A stretch of DNA of 63,169 nucleotides, filler included, from Sphacelaria rigidula (taxonomy: Eukaryota): assembly GCA_964200075.2 (NCBI GenBank). It is 8 parts of 8 records of this genome, joined end to end, with 100 filler letters (N's around TTAATTAATTAA, not from the genome) between each part and the next. Parts side by side here need not be neighbours in the genome. Positions count along the whole stretch, not along the records: positions 7,911 to 15,720 come from CAXNAA020013384.1; positions 15,821 to 23,629 come from CAXNAA020013385.1; positions 23,730 to 31,538 come from CAXNAA020013386.1; 5 more parts are not named here. One strand, given 5' to 3'. The translations under genes and the position numbers were made by a program. Under the pieces are notes generated by a model that saw only the letters and a program-made list of their open reading frames with translations, was not told the DNA's origin and ran no database searches. The stretch's first letter is position 1, and the number at the start of each line of letters is the position of its first letter. Positions 11,613 through 25,058 of this stretch are shown here, one piece after another.

Positions 11613-14607
11613 GACTTTGCCGACATCGTGGACACCACATGCCGTCCACCACGAGGGCCGCATTCCTCCTTGAGGACGACGACCGCATCCTCCTCTGCCG
11701 GGCACATCCACGCGCCACGAAGCGCTCCGGGTTACTTCTCTTCGTCGCCACGTCCGGTATCTCCGTCAGTTCCCTCCCCACGTCCTCCCGCGCCGGCACC
11801 GCCAACAGCAACAACGGCAACCTCGGCCGCATTCCACAACCATGGAATGGCGCTCGACTGGCGCACTAGCGGCGGCGGCGGCGGAGCAGGACGTGGCGGC
11901 GAAAAACGAGCTGGGAGCACGGTGGACCACGCCAGCGGGTCATCGTCATCAAAAGCGACCGGCGATGTCGCAGAGGTTTCGCTGATCTCCAACGGGCACG
12001 ATGGCGGCGGTGGCGATGGCCCCGGAGGGACGGACCGGAAGCGGTCGGGCAGAGGATCTGGGATCTTCACCCCGCAGATGGGAGGCGGGAGCAGTTTTTT
12101 CGGAGGGCAGGGTCTGTTTTTGTGGACTCCTTCTGTTGAAGGCCACTCTATCGATGAGAATCGAGGAGATGAGCTTGCTGGAAGTGGGTGGGGCGGCGGC
12201 GGCGGAGGCGGTAGAGAAGGGGGGCAATCCAATCGGCACATAGCGGCTGTTGCATCAACGCCACCGTCTACGATGCAGCAAAATCCAACGCTCGAGTCTT
12301 GGGAAGGCGACGGGAGATCTGCGATGGGGGATTCGTGGGATGCCGCGCTCCGGGAAGGCATGGTCTCTCCCGATGTAGAGTTGGAAGTAGATTTGCCGTT
12401 AACAGACGGGCTTTCGGTGGATGATGGTGGCGAAATAGCAGGGATGGGGATAATCGGCAGTAGGGGGTTGGATGAGATACGGGAAGAGCCTGTCGGGGGC
12501 GAGGCAGAACCTCTGCTTCCGGATGGTTGTGAGCATGCGCCGCCGGGCGAGTCAGCCCTCGAGAGTGGTGTTTCATCACCGGCCAGCGCAGTCGACAAAG
12601 CCCCCGTAACCTCCGACGCCGATGCTACCCGGGCCTCTGATAAGGATGATGGAGACGATGCCGGTCGAGCTGGCGAGATTTCAATTGCGACTCCGCCAGA
12701 CGTACCCAGCGGCATACCTGAGGGTGACGGAGGTTCGGATACGATGGCTCCTGCCTGCGGGGGAAGCACCATTCCAAATGAGAGCGAATCTGAAGAACCG
12801 CGTGCGCGGGCCGACGGTGCAAACAAGAAGGCTACGGATATCAAGGACAGGAACAGTCCCACTGAAACACCAACGGATGGCAAGGATCAATTGTCGCCAA
12901 CCGATACAGTTCCAAGCTCAAGCGATTCCCACGATCCCGTCGCAATCGTCACCGGCACACCTGAGGATCCTTCTACCAAGGTGGTGCCGCCCCCGGAGCC
13001 TCAAGATGCTTCGGAGGACGTCGCTGTGTTGTCCGTTGAACATTCTACGGTGACTACGGGCAATGTGACCTGCTGCTCGTGCGCGTGTCACAAGTTGCAA
13101 TCGCATTTGCCTCCAACCCCGCCGCCTTCGCGATCTTCACGGCTGAGCCGTCGTCAGCAGCGGCGACGGGCGTCGGCGCCCGAGAAACGCGGTGGCGGCA
13201 GCGTTTCTGGTAAAGAGGGGCAGTCTCGTGAAGGAAATGAAGCCGACAGTGGCGCCGCTGCCACCGCCCCTGCTGCTGCTCCCTCCTCTAGTAGTCCAGG
13301 TGTTGCCGGCGGCGGGCGTATACCAGGCCCTCACGCGCTCGCGCGTACCTTGAGTGAGGACTCGCGGCGTGTGCCCAAGAACGCTCGCCGTCACCAAGTT
13401 CAACAACAGTATCAACGGCAGCAGCAGCAGCAGCAACAACAACAGCAACAGCAACAGCAACAACAGCCGGCCGTCGTTGGCACCCTCGCTGCGGTGAACT
13501 CGTCGTCGTCGCTGGGAAAACTTGTCTCGGGGTCCGGCACGAGTCTCAAACCCGCTGCCGGTATCTCCACTGTCGGCGCTTCCCCCGAGCGCCACCCTGA
13601 TTGCAATGCCCGCACGCCGCCTCGATCGGGGCGACGACATCAGCCCAGTTCAAACGGCGGTGGCAGCGGTGGCAGTGGTGGCAGCGGCGGCAGCGGAAGA
13701 GGAGGGCGCGGCCGCGTCGGATCGTCCTCCGTACCATCCAATCGTCTGTCTAACGTGCGCCGTCGAAAGAGTGAATCCGGTCTCGGACAAGCTGCGATAT
13801 CACGGGCGGGCCTCGTTGACCCACCTTACCCTGGGACCAGCGGTACAAAGATGCGAAGCAGACGCAGCGTTTCGGCTGCAGGGGCCAATGCAGGAGCCCT
13901 TGTAACGCCAGCGGCAGCGACCGTGGCCACGGGGACTGCAGGCGGAAAAATAAAAGCCGGCACGCCGCCTTCATGGAGTTGGTATGTTTTCAACGGCGAC
14001 GATTCATCTGCTTCCCGCACGGATGCCGGCGGAAGCGGGGCACCGGCTCGCCGTGGAGGGTATACGTGGTCTCGCGGGCGCAGCGACAGCGATGCGTGCA
14101 CGCCGTCCAACCGGAAACACGGACCGCAGGGGGATAAGGACCAAACCTCATACTCCCTTGGTGTTTCGGCTCACTCTCACCCGGTATCCGCCGGGGAGGA
14201 AGGGTGGAGCGTCAGCCGAGAAGGCGGGGTCAGCGGCGGAGATGACGACACATCAGCGACGGCGGCAGCGGTAGGGCGGGCTCAGCGAACGTTGCTGCCT
14301 TGGGGCGGCGGGGCGGGGCACCAGCGAGGGGGCCCCGACCGGAACAATGCCGCGAAGAGCCAAGAGGGTGACGCCGCTGGTCATGGTATGAGTTTCCGCA
14401 GCAGGGGGGGATCGTGGGACTCGGATCCGAGAGACGGATTCGAGCTTCGGATTGACCGTGACTTGAAAGCCGGCAGGCCGGGAGCAAGATCGGCGCCGCG
14501 GGGAGGGGCGTCGAGAAGGATGTTCGGGGATGGGGCGAGGAGTACGTCGGAGCTAATGGTAAGCGGCGGAGGCGCGCAGGACGAGTCGGTGCTCACCACC
14601 GGCGAAG
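11613..14607 (+). CDS. Contig-2 gene, exon d (~3 kb, disordered, poly-Q, CCSCAC motif); gene continues beyond contig
   Basis: TAG|GAC acceptor in phase 0, in frame with the 995-aa ORF; G|GTATGT donor in phase 1. Confidence 0.85.
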
Positions 14608-15644
14608 GTATGTGAGAGGATTGTTGGAGGATACGTTCATGGCCGTCCAAGCACCTGACGGGTTCTATCGGCCGTTTTTTGCTGTATTGGTGGCTTTTCG
14701 TGACTGCGTGTGTGTGTGCATTCGGTACTCCCATTTTTTACCGCGGGAAACCGTATTTAAAACTTGCTCGGCCGACGACTTCTTGCGTACCGGTTGTCGT
14801 ACTTTTGTTTTTTTTCATGTTGGTACAACCAACCCTTCGCCAGAATTCTCCACCACACTCAGTCATTCTACAATTCACTCGATGCTGCCGCTTGAATAGC
14901 TGTGGCCAAAGAAAGTGAGGGAAATATTCCGAGAATGTAGTAGCTAGTGTTGTACACCAACAACTTATATTCAAGGGTCAATTAATTATTAAAAGTGTAT
15001 GTGATTGTTGATTATAATCAAATCAACTTGCTGCTGATTGTTGATCATCAATCAAATACGGTTGATTGGTCAATCTCTCAACTGATCGTGATTGGTCGAT
15101 CATCTGTGGAAATAAGAAAAAGGCGTTCGCGTCGTGTAACGCCAAATGTTTGCTTACCACGCGCGCGAGCAAACAGTGGATCTACTCAAGACGATGGTAC
15201 ACGGCTACAGCAGATCCATACATACTTGTCCCTATATAGCAGTAGCAGCACACACCAGCCCGCACGCCGCACAGCACAGGAGTAGAGGAGTACGCTCAGG
15301 GTTACTCGCAACTCGATACCATGACTGGCGCCGTCAGCCATGGTGCAGGTGCTGCACCCGCTGCCGACAATGCCGCATCGGTGGTTCTCCCTCACTTGAC
15401 AACAGTCAAGCTGAAAGTACAGCCGGTTCTGTGTTGTCGGTTGCACTGTTTGCTGTGCACTGTTCATTCTTATTTTGGTAAAATAGGGTATCTTCATCAA
15501 TACTGCTTGCAGGGTACCGGACGGAAAGGAAACATGACATTCTGCATATTACAAGAGATGCGTGTGTTCCATCTCTGACGACGGTTTGTGGGTAGTGAGT
15601 GGGTAGAACGGTACCGGATCTGTTTATCCGTTGCACCCGGAGGA

Positions 15645-15720
15645 GACGGTCGCCCCGGTGGCTCAGTTGGTAACCTTGAAACCTTCTGACGGTTGGGTCG
15701 TGGGTTCAATGCTCGGAGCG
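15645..15720 (+). mobile_element. 5' head of tRNA-derived SINE, cut by contig end
   Basis: GGTCGCCCCGGTGGCTCAGTTGG A box and GGTTCAA B box, matching 61751-62148. Confidence 0.85.
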
Positions 15721-15820
15721 NNNNNNNNNNNNNNNNNNNNNNNNNNNNNNNNNNNNNNNNNNNNTTAATTAATTAANNNNNNNNNNNNNNNNNNNNNNNN
15801 NNNNNNNNNNNNNNNNNNNN
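15721..15820. other. Artificial contig linker
   Basis: N44-TTAATTAATTAA-N44. Confidence 0.99.
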
Positions 15821-17560
15821 GAAAGGGATGCGTGGTCAATGGTCAAATGACTAAGGCAAGCAACAAATGAGTACGCCCCCCCCCCAAAAAAAAAAAAAAA
15901 ACGAGCTAAAAGTTTCACGAAAAAAGTGGCCATGCAGCGCCTGATCTTCGGGATCAGGCTGCATGAAGCGCTTCATATTGGCGACATTGGCTAGGACGAA
16001 CCCAAGCGTGGTAATTCCCAGCTTCTCGTTGTGGTCGGCTTTTCCCATTTCGATTTACATGAAGAGTTTGCCTCCCAAAATCATGCACTTTTCCGGGGGG
16101 GGGGGGGGGGGGTTTTGAAAAAAAGGCCGGTGCCCGGTTTTTGTTTGCCGCCTGGTTGGGGGGGACGGAGGGGAGCGGGGGGGNNNNNNNNNNTTTTTCC
16201 CTTTGTGTTTACTTGAAAGGGTGCCCCCCCCAAACTCGGGCCTTTTTCGGGGGGGGGGGGGGGGGGCTATTGTAAAAAGTGTCGGTCATGTTGTTTTATT
16301 TGCTCCTATATTGTGTGAGGCGCACTCATTTGTTTCTTGACTTGGTCTTTTGACCGCTGACCACGCATCCTTGCGAGACGGAGCACCGTATTCGGTCGAG
16401 GGGGGTGGGGTGGGGGAGGGGTGTCCATGATCTTGCATGCCGTAGTCATATGCCCATTGACCTTGCATTCCTACGAAGCCGGGACGGAGCACGCTGGATT
16501 TTCGCCCGACCAGGCTTGCAATCAATCACCAAGCGCGAAGCGCCGTGACGTGACGTGTTCGGCGAGTCGCATGGTGAGCTGCATCATGCTAACATTCTTC
16601 GGCCCGGGGCGTACCGATTATCTTGCATTTGAATAACAGCCTCTAATGAGTTTCTTCGGTGTCTGGTATCGCCACTTCCAGAGACAGCCACGGCTTACAT
16701 ACTGCCCCATGGGTGTCTCACCATGTTAGCACCAGGTAGCATAACCATCCCCTTTGCGCGGATTTGAGGTTCTCGCACTCCGCACAATATGACCGATAAT
16801 AGCTCGACGACCATGATGGTTACCGCCTATAAAAATAAACGCAAGCGCGGGAAAAAAACGGTATCCTGGTTGCCTCGCTTACGCAATCAGGGGTGTGCTT
16901 TACAGCGCCGTTGCCAACCGACGCCAACCCCATAGGGTGTCCGTCCCTCCAGTGCCGGGACGTAGCACGCAGGTTTTTCGCCGGACCAGGCTGGACCAGG
17001 CTGAGGGGGGGGGGGGGGGGGGGGGGTGTTCGTCTAACCTCCAATATCTCATTTCGTCGGGGATCAGGGCGTGTTATCGATCATTGGTCCAGCCCTCGCG
17101 GCGCACCCCCTTGGCTTTCTATTATTTGAATTATTTTTGCCATGTCGGAATAGAAATACGGGTTCAGACCGGCAAACAATGCGGTGTGTTTTCGGCAGTG
17201 AACACGGAACAGCAATATATGAGCCAAAGTAGGGTAGCAAGAAGCAAGTCAATATTGGAACGGGTACCCGTAATGCGCTCCATAACAAAAGTCGATCTCT
17301 CGCGCTCTCTCTCCCTCTCCCCATGTGGGATACGTGCAGCACATGCACATGTTGTGTCTCGGTTCGTTTTTTTTTTGTCGAGGTTTGTCTTCGTTCAACG
17401 TTGTTTTCGCTTCGTTCCCTGCGATACTGTACGTATGTCAATCTTGTAATAATTCCTGTGTTCATAGCGCATGAGCTGTAATAGTGTGCTCATGTCGATC
17501 AATCAGATAGCTATAATCAGCAACCCATGACCGTGACCACGCACCCCCCGCAACACACAG

Positions 17561-17804
17561 CTACACCGCGCTGGCCTCGTCTGGTGCGAGCGGGCGGCGC
17601 CACCACTCCTCGTCGCCGGAGATCGAAGCGATCAAGACGTCCAGTCCAAGCGCGCCGGCGGCGACGGAGGGACTAGGTCTCTGTGGCAGGATTGCGTTGC
17701 GATTGTTCGAAACCTTGCGCTGCTCCGTGATTCGGGTCCTGTGGGAAGCGGTGCTGCTGGGGGTTTAACCCAGCCGGAGATCGGACAGGCTGAGGACCCA
17801 ATAG
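17561..17804 (+). CDS. Contig-3 gene, exon a (internal), unknown protein
   Basis: CAG acceptor, ATA G|GTGCGC donor (phase 1). Encodes LHRAGLVWCERAAPPLL..SLWQDCVAIVRNLALLRD; not in the ORF track. Confidence 0.7.
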
Positions 17805-19300
17805 GTGCGCGTGTGACTGCGAAGATCTGTTTCGTAAAGGGTCGAGAGAGGACTGACAGGAGGGTGTGTGTATGTGTGGAGGGTAGTTTTTAACACTATG
17901 TGCATGATTGCGTGATGGGGTGCATGATGGGAATGTACAGTGGGTACAGTGGGCACCGACTCAAGATGTAGATAACAAGATAGTTCTTGTGCTAGTGAAC
18001 GTGTGAGAAGATGTACTATTATTCGTTTTTTTTGCCCGTGCATACTAGAGACTTACGTATCAAGCCAAAAATGTGTTTGTGTGTTTTCTTTGCTTTTATT
18101 GTCAAGCCCAAAGTTTCTGTGTGTATGCTCAGAAGCTCAACGAAACTGGGATATCTGGGTTGGGTGACCGAAGCATCAAATCTGTGTTCTCGAACAGATG
18201 TATGGCATAGGCGCATCCCGGACGCAAACGGTGAACTCATGTAACCTTGTGTATGAGACGTGGAGAAAGTTGATGTAGTACTGGTAATTCTACACAGTCG
18301 AGAGGGTTCAATAACATTGTAATGGCATCCAAGATGGTTTGGGAGCGATAGGTTTGGTTTCGGATGCGAGTGCGGGAGATCGAAACGTGTTGAGTGTTCA
18401 ATACACACGATGCGTGGCGGATGCTGTGGTGTGATGCGGCATCATATGGAGTGAAGCCATGCCACGGTCGGCAGGGGGGGTGGGAGGGGGGGTACCCATT
18501 TGTTGCCTTCCTTGATTGTTTTACCATTGACCACGCATCCCTTTTGAGACGGAGGTCGGCAGAGGGGGGCTGTTAATTGTTACCCGAAACAAGGAGGTTC
18601 GTGGGTGTAAGAAAGAACTCCCCACATCTTCTGCGTGCTGTTTTCTCGGGGTGGGTCAGGGTGTCGTCGAGCTACAGTGTAGTACTGACATGTCGACACG
18701 TCGCGAGTGCTGGGGGTTCAAGAGCATTCGAAGTACTCTTTGCTCTTTTGCGATCCCAAGCAACACTCTTGAAGTGGTTTCTTGGGACATCTATTTGGTC
18801 GGAATGCTCGTACCCCCACCCACATCCCACCCCCTACTGTTGGATGACCGACCCACCCTAGACTAGGCGGTTTCGGTCAGACGGATTGATGATTGATGCA
18901 CCCGAACGAAACACTCGCAATGCCTTGCGGTCCTGTGCTTGTCAGCCCACTGCTACACCTGTCGAACTTTGGCTGAACAAATTCAAGTGCATGCTTGTTT
19001 TTCATAGGATCAGCTGAAACAGCCCCAAGCTCTTGGTGATACAAAGCGATCTCCTGTCAGCGACAAGAGTAACCTCACGGGATCACAACCGTCACCATTA
19101 AATTTCAGCAGACCATTGCCTGAGCGCATGTTGCATGCATGGTATTCCTGGAAGAGCGTTTGCGCTACGCGTACTCGATTAAATGTTTCGTCCGTAAGCG
19201 TCCGTTGAAAGGTTTCTTGATGTTTTCTCTGTTCATCCTTCGTTCTGTTTTGGCTTGTCACTCGTCACTCGTCACTCGTCGCACCTATCGTTTTCGGAAG

Positions 19301-19439
19301 GACGAGATGTGGCGGCTCTGTGCAACGCCACGGCCGTGCTGGACGGTGAAGGCATACGCTCCACCTTGAGACTGGCGGCGCATCCCGTCAATGCACCCGC
19401 ACAGGAGCTGCTGGAGCTGCTGGAGAAACTTGTTCTCAG
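19301..19439 (+). CDS. Contig-3 gene, exon b
   Basis: AAG acceptor, AG|GTACTT donor, phase 1/2. Encodes helical RDVAALCNATAVLDGEGIRSTLRLAAHPVNAPAQELLELLEKLVLR. Confidence 0.7.
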
Positions 19440-21319
19440 GTACTTTGTTTTTGTTTCTGTTACTTATCTTGTTTTTCCAGTTGACTCGCTTTCCCCCCCC
19501 TCTGTCGAATTCCCATGTTGTGACCTCCAATTGACGAGACTAATGTTCTAGGCCAATGAGTAGTTACGCTATCTTTGAAGATTTGCTGCTTCGAAGCCTA
19601 CCTTCTGACTGTCTATGAACTAAAATAGTCGGCGCAGGACCTGTGCATGGGGATGATTTTGTAGCGAATGAAATTATTTGCGCAAAGGGCGATTACGGCC
19701 GAGCATTCAAGACAGGCACCCGACAAACACTGAGGACCCGTTTAAAATTAGCCGAAGGACTAAAACATGGGACATGTCCTATTTCACTGTACTGCAGCAC
19801 AAACACACTCACGTCCTCTCTCATATGTGCTGTAGCTATCATTATTCTGTGGTGTGTTCAGACCTTGCGAAGACGGTTTGGTCTCCGCTGAGATTGCTTG
19901 AGGTGCTGTGTGGTTGCGTTTGTCTCTCTGTAAAAGTCGGGACGCAGTGCTGTCTACACGCTTTACTGTCTGTTGAAAACTTCATGTTACACGGACTCTT
20001 CACTTGCGCGATACCGGACATGACTTGGTAAAGACACAGCCAGCGCGGACAGACACCGCTCGACCGGCTGGATCAGACCCCGTGCTCCGATGAAAGAAGC
20101 AACGCACAGCTCAATGCGGATATATTGCACCGCCAGCGTACTGCTTGCACCCGTCAGCATGGCGGCTACTGCCGCTGGCATCGACGCCAGCTCCCGCGGC
20201 CATGGAAAAAAACAACCAGCCATAGTAAGATGGGGATATACCGATACACGAGCATCGCAATGGCCCACTGCGGCGGCAATGTACCACTAGCTGTCTGCGT
20301 GTCTGCTTGCAGCTTGGTTTTCTGCTGCTATTTTATCCGTCCCGGCGTACACTACAGGTGTCACTCGAGTCTGCGAGCCTATCTCAAGCATTTTTCACGA
20401 CATAATTCGCCACGAAGGTCGCCTTTTGTTGGCGCTAGATTCCGCCGATTCCTCACTGAAGGGCCTCTGATTAGTTGAATTTCACATTTCACTACAAAAA
20501 TCTATCCCCATGTATGGGCGTTGTTCGGAATAATCTGAGCTGATTCCCTCTTGAACAAGAATCTTGGCATGCTTATTTTGTCTACCCTATATGAAAATCA
20601 GTTGGTATTCCAAGTTTGCCGAAGTTTAGTGGGAAAATTCACCCTTGCTTGTACAGTGCTCTACCCTTTATTGTTAATTATAAGACGCTGTACTAAAATA
20701 GATTTTGCAGAAATCCAGCTATAGCCGATTTTGATTGGCCCTTCACCCCTACACTCAGCGGCTGAATCCCTCGGGAATCAGTTGATGTTAATGTGCGATA
20801 TCGACCAAATGAAATGAAATGAAATCAATCAACCAACTGATCAATTGGGACATCCGTTGTTCATCCTTTTGGAGCCAAAATTCTCATTCAGAAGCACCTT
20901 GTATATGCTGTAGAGGCGCGGCTGCTTGGCCATGTTTGAGATGTCTTCTTGGCGCCTTTCGTGCTTGGAGCTCCATCCCTCTCATGATGACAATCCAAAG
21001 TCCGCACAAACATTTCCTCAGAGAGGGAGCTGCCCTTGCCATGAGTGTAATATACCACAGCGCTCAAATTCAACGCGAAAATGATTGAGCACTCCGTTTG
21101 CTTCAGCAGGTGTAGGACCTACAATCCTGGAGCTTGTCCAGGCTATTTTAGCTAATTTCATGACCACCCTGACGTTCGTCCCTGTATTCTCTGTACAGAA
21201 AAAAGTTGAATATAAGGTATACATATATTCTACTTTGTTTTGCTAGTAAACGTTCAACTTGTCATCGCCGTGCCGACGTTTCCCCATCGTGTCCTCATGT
21301 ACTACCTGACTCTACACAG

Positions 21320-21710
21320 GGCTGCCAAGAGTCGAGCGGAATACAAGAAGAACTTAGCCCCTCCTCTTCCGGGACCTCCTGCCAGCTCCGCCGACACGGC
21401 ACCAAACACCGTCGGCGGTCAATCCGGGACTCCTGCTAAGAAGCAGAGAGGGTCACCGGGTACTTCCGCAAACGCCGGACAAAGTCCGCCGACCGCCAGA
21501 CCCGTCGGGGTCAGCGGCGTCAGCGGCGTCAGCGGCGTTGGCGGCATGGAACGTTCTCTCTCACGCCAAGGGTCGACTTTGGCCGGAATTGGTTCCAGCG
21601 GCGGTGGGATGGGCGGCGGGCGGCAGGGGGCAGCGGCAGCGGCAGCGGCGGCGGCCGCGAGCATGCTGGTTGTAAAAAACACGGACGTTGAAAAGGGCAT
21701 CGTTATCGAG
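21320..21710 (+). CDS. Contig-3 gene, exon c
   Basis: CAG acceptor, GAG|GTACGT donor, phase 2/0. Encodes AAKSRAEYKKNL..poly-Ala..VVKNTDVEKGIVIE. Confidence 0.8.
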
Positions 21711-22500
21711 GTACGTGTGACTCCGAGAAGGGGGGGAATGGGGACGCGGCGTTCTTGCTGCGCAAGACGGGTTTGGGTCGGCAGGGTGAGGGGGGGGGGG
21801 ATGGGGCGACTGGAGGGTTGCGGGGCGTGACGGCTGCGTCTCGAATGTTGCCCCCGTCGGTGTAGTGGGAGAGATTGTGAGGTTTGTACCTGGGTTGTAT
21901 GCGTCGTCGATAGTGTACCGGTAGGAGGTTGTTTGCGTCCTGGGGTACCTGTCACGATGGTGGCGACGTGCTCCCCCATATAGGAGAGACGCACCTCGTG
22001 AAGATTTCTCCACAGTAGCGGCGATAGATTCCTCGCGTGTTTGAGAGGGATTGCTATCCCATGCGTACCCTTGCTGCACTTTTTTTATTCTGTTTTTTGC
22101 ACCGATTCGCGGAAATTCCCCCCCCCCCCCCCCCCCCCCCCGAGCGCTCAAAAATAAAAAAAATATTGAAACTTTTTTTTCCAGTATTTTGATGTCAAAC
22201 ACTAGACGAGCCACCACANNNNNNNNNNGCCCTTTTTTTTATCCGTGTTTTGCACCGAGTCGAGGAAATCCCCCCCCCCCCCGCGCGCTCAAATATATCG
22301 CGATCATAACAATGTTGAGCATTGTTTATCACGTACTGTATGATGCCTCACACGATGGCGCTCTCATACGCGTGAAAATGCTGCAACAATCGCCCTCGCC
22401 CTCGAAACGCTGAGAGTGGCGTATTACATTCCCTCGTTCCCGGCATTAATACTCCTCGATCTCTGCCGTCTTATTCCTACAAAAACAATAAATATCACAG

Positions 22501-22839
22501 CTGTTTCAACTGTCCTTCCACAAAGTGCGGCGGAACCGCACCAACGTCATGGCCATGCAAAACTTTATGAGCGGCGGCAGCGGCAGCAACAACCCAGGCA
22601 ACAACGGCAGCTTCAACATCGACACCGGCAACAGAGCCGGCAGCGGCTTCAGAAGGACCAACAGCAGCAGCAGTTTCGGCCACAGGGCCGGCGAAGGAGG
22701 CAGCGGTAACGGGCCTGGGTTGGGCGGGGTGGGAGGTCTATGGGGAGACATGTTCTTCGCGAGACAGAGGGTGGAGCCTGGTGCACCTCTGCACCGTCGC
22801 GGGGAGAGTGGCGGCGGCAGCGGTTCTAGAAGTGCGTGA
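22501..22839 (+). CDS. Contig-3 gene, terminal exon
   Basis: CAG acceptor in phase 0. Encodes LFQLSFHKVRRNRTN.. and a Gly/Ser/Asn-rich tail ending at TGA. Confidence 0.8.
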   Translation: MFQLSFHKVRRNRTNVMAMQNFMSGGSGSNNPGNNGSFNIDTGNRAGSGFRRTNSSSSFGHRAGEGGSGNGPGLGGVGGLWGDMFFARQRVEPGAPLHRRGESGGGSGSRSA

Positions 22840-23557
22840 TTGAGTTTTGACTGGTTTGATGAAATGATGGATTAATGCATTGATGCATTGGCCGGGTATT
22901 TGTCGCACAACAACGCTAACAACTAATCCGCCGCGAATCCAACTGTAGTAATGAGATGGGGTATGTAGACATTACTTTTTGCAAAATGAAGAACAAAATT
23001 CCGCGTGACTGTTGATACTTGTCTTGCGCCCACACATAGCTGAGTCTGATTCGAACCTCGACGCCAAGTAGCGCCGAGCACTGCTGGATCAGCCAGGTTG
23101 CAGGTTCCAAAGGCACATCGCCTGCTTTTCTTCGCCTTTTCCCCCTGTCTCTTGTCTCAGCGGTGCTAGAGTTTGTGCGTCGCTTCTGCAAAGTTGGTGG
23201 CTGAGACTTGCTGCCCTCATAGTGCCGCCTGAAAATAGCTGCGTGGCAACCTGCTTCTACGGCCTTGCCTTTTACATGACCTCCTCTCCTCAAGCTCCGG
23301 ACGGGGCGTAGCGTGTGCGTTTTTTTCTTGGGATTGGTGGTAGTTGTTAGCTCCGCGTCTGTTTCTCCCCCCACAGTTCACTCTGTTTGCTCCCTCTATT
23401 TTTTTTCATGTGTACTTCATGTGTATATCTTGTCTGGCCTTTCCTTCAGCGATTGTTCGCGCTTGCTCCGTTTATCTGCCTGTTTGTCCATCTTGGGCCC
23501 ATGGTTGTATCCACAATGTATAATATAACACTTCACGTGCGACAAGCAATTCTTCAG

Positions 23558-23629
23558 GCCGGTCGCTCCGGTGGCTCAGTTGGTAACCTCGTAACCTTCT
23601 GATGGTTGAGTTGTGGGGTTCGATTCCCG
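23558..23629 (+). mobile_element. 5' head of tRNA-derived SINE, cut by contig end
   Basis: GCCGGTCGCTCCGGTGGCTCAGTTGG...GGTTCGATTCCCG. Confidence 0.85.
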
Positions 23630-23729
23630 NNNNNNNNNNNNNNNNNNNNNNNNNNNNNNNNNNNNNNNNNNNNTTAATTAATTAANNNNNNNNNNNNNNN
23701 NNNNNNNNNNNNNNNNNNNNNNNNNNNNN
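23630..23729. other. Artificial contig linker
   Basis: N44-TTAATTAATTAA-N44. Confidence 0.99.
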
Positions 23730-25015
23730 GCTGAGACGCGGGCCGGCGGGTGGGGGGGGGGCATGGGCGGGGGGATCAAACGCCTCGTGCAAGATAGTTC
23801 ACACCCTGCCACGGCTGAGGGGGGTGTTACGACAAAGGGTTTTACGGTGGTTCAACGAGCGGTGCTAAATCCTCATTTCCTTACAAAACAAAATACGAGT
23901 ATTGAGCGAAGAAGGGGATAACTTGGAACTGCACACCGCCACGATATGCAACGCTGGCTAAGGTGTGCGTTGCTTACCCTCACACACACACACACGACTC
24001 TCGTCTGTCAGGTAGTGCCAGCATTCGCATTCGCGTTTAGCGCTAAACCCTTGATAGGGAGGGAATCCGCCATATTCCGAAGGCCGTCTCAAGGAAAAAT
24101 GTACCCTATGCCGACAATCGCGTGATGGTAAGGCCTGCCTTTCTTCGGGTTAAGGTGGGGCTACGAGTACGGCGGGCGACTCAGGCTATAATCACTATAC
24201 CGCGGCAACACGGGTCTACCACTGCACATAAGTTATATTATGTTTTCCTTCAAGGCCGGAGATCGGAATTATTCGCATGCAGCGATAGCGAGACCCGTGG
24301 AGATTCCAGACGAACAAGCGGGAACATGGTATCCAGAACAACGGAGTTTTCAACTGCGCAATCACTTTTCACGGCAAACACTAGACCGGGTGGAAGTGCG
24401 ATTGAAGGGGTACAAAGGTGACCAGGAATAACCACGACGATACGATCTCGTGATCATATTCTACCGCTATCTTGAGTGGATTGTGGCGAGTCTCGTCTAA
24501 GAACTAGGTGTGCGCGGCGGCGGGCTGGAGGGTTTGCTCGCTGTGATGTCAAGACTATCCAGGATTAGACGCCAGCGCCCTTCTGGCTACGTGCGAGTTC
24601 GGATGTACAGAGAAAGTGTGGGCCTCGCGTGCAGTTGTTCGTGGGCCCGTTGTACAAATGTCAGAGTATGTATTCAACTCGGGAGGCATAAGTGGTGCAA
24701 CCTACCTCGTGGGGGTTGACGTTCAGCGGGCAGTGATACAGCTAGTGGGCCGTTGAAGTAGTGGAGCCTTTGTGGGGTTCGAACGCACAACTTTAGAGAA
24801 GAGTCGAGTGACTCTGAGGGTGCTAGTGATTGATACTGTTGAACGTGGCATTACGACCCGGATGAGGGGGTCAAGGGGGGGGGAGGGGGGGGGGGGGACC
24901 GATTTGTTGCTTGCCCTAGTCGTGGAACCATTGGCCACGCATCCCCTTCGCACCGGCGNNNNNNNNNNAGGAGTGGTGACATGCAACCGATTGTTGGCGA
25001 GGAGGGCTGGAGGGG

Positions 25016-25058
<43 letters not shown>

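Noticed and set aside
11732-13640. Long minus-strand ORFs (383 aa, 167 aa, poly-L/poly-C)
   Set aside because: These are antisense shadows of the GC-rich 3-kb exon and its poly-Q tract.
19008-19040. Extra exon in the contig-3 gene
   Set aside because: It gives a stop or a phase mismatch, while exons 17561-17804 and 19301-19439 join in frame without it.
22050-22310. Apparent tandem duplications flanking short N gaps (also ~16100-16290 and 24890-25120)
   Set aside because: One copy is error-rich next to a long G/C homopolymer, typical of low-quality overlapping contig ends.
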